A DNA stretch of 64,000 nucleotides. Source: Entomortierella parvispora E1425 (taxonomy: Eukaryota; Fungi; Mortierellomycota). Shown here in pieces: positions 36,748 through 48,753 of the stretch. The stretch's first letter is position 1, and every line of letters starts with the position of its first letter. Where the stretch lies: positions 2,232,001 through 2,296,000 of the forward strand of contig BQFW01000012.1 of NCBI GenBank assembly GCA_020891255.1. Direction: 5' to 3'. A program made the position numbers and the translations under genes. The notes under the pieces are model-generated. The model made no database searches. It saw nothing but the letters and a program-made list of their open reading frames with translations, and was not told where the DNA came from.

Positions 36748-37448
36748 TCATTTCTTTGCGGCGGTCGAGGCTCCAGCGGTAGAAGATCCTCCAGCAGCAG
36801 CGGCAGCGGCCTTGGCGGCCTGCTTGGCTCTCATGATCTCAGCATCGCTAAGATGAGGATATGTTTCCGGATTTTTTTTTTTTTTTTTTTTTTTTTTTCA
36901 GACACAAAAAAAAAGATTTTGGTCGTGGGGTTTTTGAAGGAGTGGAAAATAGATGTCAACAATCATCATGGGAGTGTTGCTCTGACCATGAATGGGGAAC
37001 ATCAAATACGATACACGGACCAAAAAAAAAACAAAAAAACAGAGCGCAAGTCAAAAGTCGATGGTCCAGATTCGGCGTCGCCTGTTTCTTCAAGGTGAGT
37101 TCTGCGTCGAAAGAATAAAAAACACCCGAAGTCCTGAGTTGTCCTCGAAAGCTATTTTTGCCTCATGGTTGATTGAGTACAAGAACGAAATTTGTCCAAG
37201 AAAAGCAGAGACTGCGGCTCTTTGAGTGCCTTCCAGATGGACTTTTTTTCTCCTGATACGCATGTTTCTTCTTTCCTGATAAGGGGAAGGAGAGAGGAGA
37301 GAAGAGAAAGAGAAGAGAAGGGCGAACAAACATACGATTCGGCGCGCTTGGTGTGCGAGACGCCGTCGGTTTTCTTGCCCTTGTTCTGCTGAGCGAGCTT
37401 CTTCTGTGCCTTTTCACGGTCCTTGTCACGCTGGTTTCCACGGGTCAT
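36748..37448 (-). CDS. Small EDRK-rich factor (SERF/4F5 family), 70 aa
   Basis: Exons 37336-37448 and 36748-36847 give MTRGNQRDKDREKAQKK...KRAES|DAEIMRAKQAAK, the SERF consensus. Confidence 0.93.
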
Positions 37449-37802
37449 GGTGTTGGATGAGGGATGGGGGAGTTGTTCTTCTGGAGGCTGATGAGAAAAG
37501 AAAAAAGAGAAGGGAAAAAAAAAAAAAAAAAAAAAAAAAAGGAGGTTGATCAGAATGGATGCAACATATGTACATGCGATGATGCCGCGTCTTCCGATTG
37601 TCGCACATGCTGCGCGCATCACAAAAGCAGTCCTACTTTTTCGTCCCTTCCCTTTCCCTGCCTTCCCCGCCCAGCGGCCATTTGTTGGGTGGCTTCCCTT
37701 GCGACCCCCGGCCCGGCGGGTCTTTCTCGTCAGAGAGGACAGAGTCTCCTGTCTTGCATTGCATCGCCCTCTCTCCCTCTCCACCCTCTCCACTCTTCCA
37801 TC
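37449..37802. promoter_or_regulatory. Putative bidirectional promoter between SERF and MPC2 with a poly(dA:dT) tract
   Basis: Head-to-head ATGs are 354 nt apart, with a 26-nt A run at 37515-37540 (a nucleosome-disfavouring element by established knowledge). Confidence 0.6.
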
Positions 37803-39204
37803 ATGTCCTCCGCCGCCCCCGTCGTCGCCCAGTCCGCTTTCCAAAAGTTCTTGAACCACCCCGCTGGTACGATGTCTGGTCATTCTTTTCCTTTTCTCTT
37901 TGTCCGAAGAGAATGGACCTAAAAAAATTCTCTTTGTGCATGCAGTGACCCCCTGGTCATCGTTTTCTTTTTTTTATTCTCTTTCATTTCGATGCAATGA
38001 CCTCGGAATCCACTTGCACCCCCTGCAGCCTGTGCTGCCATATGTCTTTATCTGAGGGCGAGTTTGCTAACCCTTATCTTTTTGAACTTTACCGAATCTT
38101 CTAGGTCCCAAGACTATCCATTTCTGGGCTCCTGCTGCCAAGTGGGTACGTTGAGTAGAGCCTTTTGGTCACCCCAAAGAGATCGAGGAACCATGGAAAA
38201 CTCTGGAGGACTCTTGTTCTTGCCCCACTCTCTACAGGATGGACCCTAATCACTGGATCAAGGAGGCAGAGAGGGAACTAACGACACTGTGTGGAATGCA
38301 CCCTCAATACACACCGACGATACATGCTCAAAAATCTCTTATCGTCAGATCCCGAGGTGTTTTGCGGAAGATGCGACTGGATTAGGTTCCTAGGAGGGGC
38401 ATGGATACCTTCACTGCAAAATAATTGCTACTCTCGACTTTTTTCTCGGACAAAAAGGCTTCATCTGGGATTCTGTACCCTCTCCCATCGCCCATTATCC
38501 CAGGATGTTGAATCGTCATGGTGGAAACAGGATCGCGACATCGCCTTTTGGATGTGCTACAATGGATAAAATATTTCGCGAGAAATATTGTTTTCTTGTT
38601 TACATCTTCAACACCACCAGGATGATACGATGAACAAACCACCATCTTTGGATCAAAACTTACAATGGTCTTTTGTTGTGTTGGAATAGGCTCTGGTCGG
38701 TGCCGGTGTCGGTGATTTGTCCCGCCCTGCTGAGAACTTGTCCCTTTCCCAAAACGTTGGTAAGTATTCCTCCTCTTCTTTTTCTTGTTCCTCAGAAGGA
38801 ATCTTGAATTGATTGGACGATCACTCGTCGCAGCAGAAGAGAAAGTTCTTGATACCTTGCCTGACTCTAACGTCATCTTTGCTCCCTTTGTCTTGTTTGT
38901 GATTGATCTCGGACATCTAGCCTTGGCTGCCACCGGTATCATCTGGTCTAGATACTCTCTTGTCATTATCCCCAAGAACTACAGCTTGTTCACCGTCAAC
39001 TTGTTTGTCGCTGCCACTGGATTGACCCAGCTCTACCGTATCTTTGAGTAAGTCTCTTTTTCTCTCATTGTGCTGTCATTCTTTTTTTCTTTCCTTTTTT
39101 TAATGACCTTGAGATATTGACACGTCATCCTTGTTGTCCTCAATTCCAGCTACCGTCAAGGATTGAAGAAGGCCGAGGAGAAGCCCGTTGTCGCCTCCAA
39201 CTAA
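37803..39204 (+). CDS. MPC2: Mitochondrial pyruvate carrier subunit 2, 118 aa
   Basis: Exons 37803-37866, 38105-38145, 38690-38759, 38921-39047, 39150-39204 (357 nt). NHPAGPKTIHFWAPAAKW, DLSRPAENLS and ATGIIWSRYSLVIIPKNYSL are MPC2-type rather than MPC1-type. Confidence 0.95.
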
Positions 39205-39409
39205 AACCCCTTGCCTGCCCATATAAATAAACGATGCCCCTTTGTGAAATAGAAAAAAAAAATGCTCCTATGCAACTTTGTAGTCACTATTATTATTTTT
39301 ATTATTTCGCAAAAAAAAACTAGTCGTTGAAGGGTAGCGCGCGGGCAGGCATAAAGATTGGAGAGAGTGGAGATGAAGGCAGAGAGAGGGGGAGACAAGG
39401 GAGGAGGCT

Positions 39410-42158
39410 TTACATTATCGTACACTTGTCCTTACTAGAGCGGTCACTTCCTTCACTTGAATTGCGGTTTCGACCATTGTGGTTGCTTCCCGTCTGAGGT
39501 CGACGTTGACTCGCACTGGTGGTAAGCGTCACTGGGTGGAATTGCTGGGGTTGGCTAGGAGGGGGCCGGAAGGCTGTCTGAGCGGGACCGGTATAGGGTC
39601 GTTGTGTTGCAGGGGGGGCCGCTCCTGGCGGCGGGTAGGCTTCATAGATCTGAGGTGCTGGCTGAGGCATATAACCCGAGTAGTGATTGAAATTATTCTG
39701 CTGCAGCTGTTGTGGTGGTGGGTAGGCTTGAGACTGGTTACGGCGAAGCTCCTGTTGACTGCTCGCCAAATACTCCTGGTGCAACCTCGCCGCCATCTGC
39801 TCGTCCGATTCATAGACTTGAGTTGGGTGAAGGATGCCGTTGTCGCCGCTGCTGCCACCAACACTGCCTCCTATGCCACTACCATACATCGCGGGACTCA
39901 GACTATTAGGAGCACCTTTGTTGGTCGACAAACGGCTGTTGGCCTTTTGGACCCGACGAGCTTCCTCTTCCTCCTCCTGTTGCTGTAATTGCAGTGCCAA
40001 TGCGAAACTAGAGCCATAAAGTGAGAAAGATATAAGTCATGGGCTGCCTTGTAAAAGAATTTTGTCCATATCATTCGACACTTACTCTTGATCTCCGCCG
40101 CCATCGCCCTCCCCACCAGCCGCACCGCCTGGATGTTGGGTCGAACCCAAGGGCTGGTTGTTGCGGGCATAGTCTCCGACCTCGAGGGCGCCATGTCGGA
40201 AGAGTCCATCCAAGAAGTCGCCAGCACCGTCAACATCAGCAAGGGATTCCCAGACGATAGATTGTTCATGCGCCAGACTTTGGTCAGTGACAAGGGTATA
40301 AAGGATACCGTCCATGGGGTTCTTGAAGAGTGTACAGAACTAACAACAAAAAAGAATATACAAGATTAGACAAATGTGGATCAACAGTGTCATAAGTACA
40401 TGATAACAAGGAGTTTTTCCCTACGTGATTGTTCCTGAAGAACGCGCACAAATGTCCCTCTGGTAGACTCTCCTGCAGGACATGCAATCCGTAGTGCGTC
40501 AGCTGTGTTCGCGTCGTGTTCATAAACTCTTGAACAATTAAAGCCCTTCGAATCCTCTCCTCCTTGCTCTGGTGCACGGTCGCCAAGTCCGAGTTCGAGC
40601 GCCCCAACGCGGCACCACCAGCTGGTGCAGATGCGGACGATGTCATAGAAGTGGCGGTCATGGTTCGGGTGATCGGGTTCAGGTTGCCTTTCAAATCTTC
40701 CACAATCAGCCCTCCTCCAGCGTCATCGCCGCTGACAATACATTCTACAGCCTTGTTATAGCTCGTGATGGCGTCTGGACCGGATCCGTCTACCAGTTCA
40801 TACATGTCTGTATCCAAAACCGGGCTCACCACCCATCCATGAACAAGCTCGACTCCAAACGTATGAAACAAGCCAAGCTCTGCAGTCGACTCGAATCCTC
40901 GGATGGATTTGAAATACACGTTGACGTCCAAGCCATGTTCCAGATGAGGCAACAGCCGCAGAGCAGATTCGATCTCCAGTCTCGATTTTTGCTTTTCCGC
41001 CTCCACTTTATCGCCCACACGCCTTGGGGCTGAAGCGGAAGATGTCGAGGCGCCGGCAGGGCTGTCGACTTCAGATGGATCGTCGTTCAGGAGGTAATCG
41101 GCCAGTAATTGTAAAAGATGTTCATATCCGATGTTTGGTCTATCATATGGTCGAATTGAAACTTTTCCTTGCAGAATCAATGTATTGCACAGTGCCAACA
41201 AAGGACACGGGCCATTCTCTACAGGGTTCATAAAATGCCTGTTAGTGAAAACAATATCAAGACCAATAAATGGGCCAAGAACAGAACAGCCCCGCTTGAG
41301 CTTACCGTTTTGAGTGATGATTTTGATGCGTTTTTCAACTCCTGTTGCAGGATCGATCCAGTCGATGGGTTTTAATACATATTCATTCATAGACTCCGGC
41401 TCTGGTTGTGCTTGCTGCTGCTGGGGTTGCGGTTGTGGGGATGGCTGTTGCTGTTCCTGTTGTCGCGGAGGTACAGCTGGTGGCTCTGCCCTCTCAGGCA
41501 ACGATGGTGGAACCTGATCGGTAACGATGGTAGCAGCTGGGACCACGGGGAAAGTAGTGCCTGGCAATGGCTCCAATTGAGAGTATGCTGGCGGTAATCC
41601 CTCTGGGATGCCCTCCTGAAGCAAATTTCGTACATCCGACTCTGGAACAGCAGCGACGACTGCGCTCGGCGCTGGTGTTGCTGATCTTGGCCCAGATGAG
41701 ATAGCAGTAACAGGTTCTAGGGGTGTCGTTCCTGATGGTGTGGTTGTTGACGTCGACAGAGATGGAGAGAGAGAGGCGACGTTATCGCGACCACCCGCGG
41801 CAAGCGAAAGAGCTGAAGGAGTAGCGGATAAGGTCGTGGTTCCTATGGGTATAGAGAAAGCACCGTTGCTTAAAGTTCCGGCCGCCAATGCCGGTGAATT
41901 GGCCGACGAGATAGAGACAGAGAAAGGATCTTCGCCATCAAACGGATCCAAGTCTATAGGCGAAGGATGGCTGTGAGTAAAGGAAGAATAGAAGACTGGA
42001 GGAGGAGATGTTGTTGAATAAGAAACGGAGGGAGTCCTCCGGAAGGGATTGGTGGAGACTGGTGAAGGTGGTGGAGAGTGAGGGCGGTGCGTTGCTGTCG
42101 CTCCTGGCGCTGTCGATTGTCGCGAATTGTACATATTGTCAATGAAGACAGCTGACAT
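39410..42158 (-). CDS. MINDY-1/2-family (FAM63/MIY) K48 deubiquitinase with MIU motifs and C-terminal CAAX, about 832 aa
   Basis: Exons 41306-42158, 40425-41218, 40086-40339, 39410-40007 (2499 nt). Catalytic motifs IITQN|ENGPCPLLALCN, LVHGW and FFRNNH|FCTL. MIU-like DFALALQLQQQE and SDEQMAARLHQE. Ends in CTIM*. Confidence 0.95.
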
Positions 42159-43309
42159 GATGGCCAGTCTTCACTTTTTTGTTGAACGGGCGGTGTGTGT
42201 GGATTTGATTTGACTGTGTGAAGGAGGGAGATGTAGGAGACAGGTGGTTTTGGGGTGAAGAAAAGAACAGGGGTGGGATGGAGGAGTAACAAGCAGAACC
42301 CTGCAACGTTGACAAAGGAGAAGAAAAGAGATGAAGTGCTGTTCTCGCCAAGGACCTGTTGATACCATCGACCGCAAGACCGGGTCTGGTTGCAAACCTA
42401 TCTTCGCCCTCAGTCGACTTTTTTTTTCTCTTGTTCTGTGCAACAACAAAACGAGGTTCTGGGCTGTTTTGGGCTGTTGCGGAAATTGTTCCTTGGACTC
42501 GTTCGGGTTGCTGCTCTCTGCACCCACGCACTCTCTGACCTCACCTCATTCTCTCTCACCCGCCAAGCGCGTGGGTACATTGCAACAGAAGGATAGACTA
42601 CCTCGCCTCACTGCTGTCCAACAAAAGAACGCATTGACATAGAAACTCTACCTTGTTGTTTTCGTCCGTCTGAGCGAATTAAAATATTGTCTGTATTTTC
42701 GCCCGGTGGGTCGACTCTTGATGATGATGCCTCCGCTGCAGCTCTTATTTCTGGTCGGGTGCCTTCTACGGAACCTTGAGTGGACCCTGCAGCGTCATTG
42801 CTAGATTCGAGGCTCAAGTTGTCGATGGGTGGCAGGTTGTGATGGGTCATTTCGAGACAGGGGCGCGCTTTGAAATTGCTTGGCTTTGTGTGTGGAATGA
42901 ACCCCTTCAGCCTTGGTGGAATGAGGTACAAAAAGACTTGGCAAGCTCCTTGCTGTTCGCGCCTGCGGCTGTGGTGTCTCTTCAACGAGAGGGTGCGGAT
43001 AGAGCAGGTGGGTGTCTTCTTTTGGAAATTAAAGCAGAGATGGGGGGTGTTGCGGGAGAGATGCAATGCTTGGCAAAATGTGAATCCCTGAACATGTAGC
43101 AAACGCGTCATCGAAATTTTATTTTCTTCGCCTTCTTCTCGTGCGAGTGGAACGACGCGTGCATAGGTGTCTCCCATCCTTCTCTCGCATCCTTCATTCC
43201 TTGCCGTTGGGTCTTGGACAAGCAGACACGCGTTATTTTTCCTTGTTGTTATCGCCGTTGTGGTCGGTGCCACAGACGATTGACCGTCTGTCCCGCCGCG
43301 CTGTCTTTG

Positions 43310-45502
43310 TTATGGAAACGAGTTGCGGAAAGCCACACGCGACCAGTCGCCTAGTATCTCCCCTGCTCGTTCCACAGCATCCCTGCGCATCTGTGGACAA
43401 TTGTCCACACAAATCCGCACCAACCCTTGGCCTCGTGCCTGCACAAGCGTCAGAAGGCCACTCCCTGTCAATTCGCCAGAATTCGCCAGATGAAGGAATG
43501 TTATCTTTGGACAATGATCCCGGAGTGCTGTCATCAGCCTGTCCGACACCTTTCTATACCCTCCAAATTCCAGACGACAAAGCTCGCCTCCACTGGACGA
43601 GAGAAGCATCAACAAGCCCGGTTCATCCAGTCGCCCACACTTGTTGAGAATCAAGGTATGCAGTTTTGGCAACGGGTGCGTTGCCATGACACCTAGTCCG
43701 GCGTTGGTGAGATAAGGGGATAAACTGAAGTTGATCATCCTCATCGAGTGCGACCATCCTGTTCGAGTAGAATTAGGCGCACCGGTGCCAGCTGCCATAT
43801 AATACAAACACATATCCGACAAGCCCTTGCAGGCGCTCATCTGCAAGCTCTCCAAGTTTGGAATACCTTCAACCCATTTTTGGATAATGATCTGGGTGGC
43901 TTCGTCTCCTGAAGTCTCCAGTGAATCTGTGTATAGGTGCTTCAGTCCCTTCAGCTCACTCAGATTCTCTAGAGCCGCTATGCCTTGGACTCGTACCAAC
44001 CTCATGTCTAGTGTCTCCAGGTTTGGGAATCGTGCCACCATCCCGTCAATGCCCGCTTTGCTAACCTGGTTCTCCCATCGTCCAATGATAAGCCTCTTCA
44101 TAGTGAAAATTGGTGGCTGGGTCGAACTCTGACTCGTCATGCACGACTCGGATACTGGACAGTCTGATATATCTAGCTCCTCCAACAATGGACATCGCGT
44201 CAGGACTGCCTGGACCACGCCGTCCGAAACTCCTGAGCAGCCATGTAAATCCAAGGAGCGCAACTTTGGGGTGACGGACCAAAACCGAGAAAAAATCTGG
44301 CTCTCGATCTTATGATTGAGTCGAAGGGAGAATGTTTCCAGAGAGGAGGTCCGGTTGATCTTTGTCATTTGTGTCAACAAGGCCCCGGTGCATTCCTGAG
44401 CACATCCTAGCCAAAGGGCTCTGGGTCGGATGTTTTGAATGAGACCGAGGACCGTCTTGTTTGTCACCATGTAGTTCTTTTCCAAGTCTAGCTGAATCGG
44501 TATGTACTTTGCATGGTCGGGTATATGCATCAAGGTCGGGATCCGTCGGGCGAGCTCGATCGAAAACCAGAAATGATTGACGGAATTCAGATATTTCATC
44601 CACTTTTTGCTGACTCTCAAGCGCTGCACTCGCTCTGCGAATGTCAAGCTGCCAAAGATAATCATAATCAGTTCCAGCGGTAGTCGATCCATTGGGTCCA
44701 GGATTTGAGCTTCCCTCTAATGGTTTCAAGTTATCAATTCGCTGGATGTTAGATCTTGACCAGCACCAAGTCTAGGGCTAGAAAATGAGAGTGAGATAAG
44801 GTACCTTCTCTATATTTTCCATTCTGGCCGTCATCTCTGTAGCCATCCGAACTAATGTCTATTGCCAAAGGAAGAATAGACGGGTAAGATATATGGCAAT
44901 GAACTTTTCATTGACAAGGACAGCAAGTAAACCGATCATGATTTACCTCGTAATCTTGACTCCCTTTCGTCGACCTCTCTACGCCAGCAACAAAGAGCTT
45001 TGTGGCCGTTCTGAAGTTTTGTTGCATCCGTAAAATCTTTCCAGCTCGAAGGTAGCCCTAAGTGCCATAGCAAATGCAAATGTCAATCGATGCAGCAAGC
45101 CAAGAAAAAAACCGGATGAAATTAAATGTAATATTGTACCTTTGGATCATGAGGGTGCATTCGGATCATTGCCTTTGCATCGATAAGAGCATCTCCGAGC
45201 TTTGTCATCTTTTCCAGGCAAGCTGCCCTGCTGTCCAACAGGTTGATATTCTGAGGGGCAAGAACCAACGCCTGGGATAGTAACTGCAGAGCGACATCGT
45301 ACTCTCTTGAAGAAAAGGATTTTCGGGCTAGCTGGACAAGGTCATTGACAGGGATGGTGTCTGTTGGGGGAGATGCTGAGGTTGATGATGCAGCGGGCGG
45401 CGACCTTGACTTTGCTGTTGGTGGTTGCAGGGCCGCGACTGGTCGGCGATAGGGTGTTGGTCGTTGCTGTTTGTTCTGCAGCGCCGCCTTGACGGGGTTC
45501 AT
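43310..45502 (-). CDS. TPR + F-box + leucine-rich-repeat protein (Dia2/Pof3-like SCF substrate receptor), about 644 aa
   Basis: Exons 45140-45502, 44947-45057, 44805-44858, 43310-44716 (1935 nt). TPRs (YDVALQLLSQAL...LDSRAACLEK...K|GYLRAGKIL), F-box (LDPMDRLPLELIMIIFGSL...RVSKKW) and LRRs (LRSLDLHGCSGVSD, LEELDISDC, LESLQMSACKGLSD). Confidence 0.88.
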
Positions 45503-45804
45503 GGTGAAGTGAGCTCACGCTGTCCTGTTGAGTCCCTACAGCTCAGTTGTGTCCTGACTTTTGTCGTTGGCCACGAATGCGATGGATGGGGCGATGAGAC
45601 GAAGAAGCAATGTCCACCAGGGTGGAATGAGAACAACCACGCAAACAAGAGCGCAAACAACAAAGCGCGTTTGCGCCGAGGGAGAAACAGAAAACAAGTC
45701 AAGTGACTGCTTTTCCGGATCTTTGCCCTCCTCTTTTTCCCTTCAGAGATCTTTTCTTCTTCTTCCATCAACCACACCCACCAACTTACCTCATATTCAT
45801 CACC
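45503..45804. promoter_or_regulatory. Putative bidirectional promoter between the F-box gene and TPI1
   Basis: Head-to-head ATGs are 302 nt apart. Confidence 0.6.
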
Positions 45805-46954
<1,150 letters not shown>

Positions 46955-47303
46955 AGAAGTTTTATTACCCCCCCTCACCATTCATATTACTCCTCTAAAA
47001 AAGCGAACATGTAGTTCACTTGTATATAAAATACGGCAAATGCACAGATAGAAGCAACGGGCGATGGCTGGTGTGGCAGTAACTGAGCTGGGCAATGGGG
47101 AATGTGGTGGCACTTGGTCGTTTTCTGTGTTCGATGCATGGATGGCTCTGTGCGCCAAAAAGACGGCGGTGATGCACCCCAGCCGAGCGCAAATCGCATA
47201 TTCAGAGGCAAAGCGACGACGAACCGCGATCACTTCATACTTTGCCCATTCTTTCCATCCATCCATCCATCCATTCTTCAGTTGCATTTCTCTCCATTGC
47301 TTC

Positions 47304-48753
47304 ATGTCCAGTAAGTCATTGGCTGTTGCTAACGAACCGTACCGGACGAGGACTGACTCCCTTTTCTTCTCGCAATCAGCATATCAGTCCATCTTCTAAA
47401 AGGACCTCTTCAAAGGCGAAGTCGCCCTCGTCACGGGCGGTGGCACCGGTAAGACCTTGGACCCCTGTCCATTATCTTATCTTTCCTCATATCTCTGTTG
47501 TCCTTGTCCTGAACCCAAAAGATATCCCTTTGCGGATCTTGATAACAATCGCGTCTCGATAAACAGGCATTGGACGGTGTATCGCCCACGAGCTAGCCGC
47601 CCTCGGCGCTGCAGTCGTCATCGCGGCCCGAAAGGTGGATCAGCTCAAGGCGGTGCAAGAGGAGATCCGATTGTTGGGAGGGATCTGTGATATCATGGTC
47701 GTCAACATCCGCGATGCAGCCATGACGGCCAAAATGATTGAGGATATTGTGGTCAAACAAGGAAAACTGAATTGTCTGGTGGTAACGTTGGGCCCTGTTC
47801 CTGTTCCTGCACATTGTAGACCACGCTTTGTTCGCAACTTGACATTACGCTGACGCCCTCCCTTTTCGCCCTTTTCTATGTTGCCTTCGTTCTGACACTA
47901 GAACAATGCTGGGGGCCAGTTCATGTCGCCTGCGAGCATGTTGTCAAGCAGAGGATTTGCGACTGTCGTGGACTTGAATCTGAATGGTACTTTCAACATG
48001 TGCAAAGCAGCGTTTGATGGATACATGGGCGAACGTGGCGGAATAATCGTCAACATTGTGGCCGAGGTCCGAAATGGGATCCCAAGAGCTATGCACACGG
48101 TACTAAAACCTCTTCCTGTCCGGTACACGCGCTGTGTCAATGGGACAATTGGAGACTAATACGACTTCTTTCGTCAACTTCCAAGGGAGCCGCACGTGCT
48201 GGTATTATCAACATGACCAAGACTCTGGCTGTTGAGTGGGGACCTTACAATGGCATTCGAGTCAATTGCATAGCTCCAGGGTTGATTGTTAGTTCTGGCA
48301 TGAAGAACTATAACGAGGATGTGTTCAACATGTTGGCCAGTGGACATTGGATGGTAAGGGTGGCATTTTCTCTCTCTCTCTATCTCTCAATCTGTCGGAC
48401 CTTAAAGAGAGCAAGTCAGATACTTACTAGGGATAGTTTTCAACCACATATAGAATCCCACTAGCCGCTATGGTACCGAGTCTGAGGTATCGGCTGGAGT
48501 CGTTTTCTTGCTCTCGCCTGTAGCCTCTTATATCAACGGCGTGAATTTGGAGGTGGATGGAGGCAGTTCCTTGAGCAAGGGTCATCCTGAGGGCAACGAT
48601 TTGAAGTACAATCCAGAGGGAAGTCTTATCCCGGCGTACATTGGATGGCCTGAAGGGAAAGCGAATGTTTATCGGATCAAGCATGTTGACGCTCCGCCTC
48701 TAGTCAACGCTTTGCTGGACAAGTACAAAAAGATTGGCCGCAGCAACCTTTGA
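47304..48753 (+). pseudogene. Peroxisomal trans-2-enoyl-CoA reductase-like SDR (PECR/DECR type) interrupted by one in-frame TAA at codon 9 (nonsense allele, sequence error or readthrough)
   Basis: Exons 47304-47310, 47380-47448, 47567-47781, 47902-48099, 48186-48353, 48454-48753 (957 nt). Translation: MSTYQSIF*KDLFKGEVALVTGGGT|GIGRCIA...NNAGGQF...MHT|GAARAG...RVNCIAPG...VDGG...IGRSNL*. TAA is at 47397-47399. The SDR family call is confident; pseudogene status is not. Confidence 0.6.
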
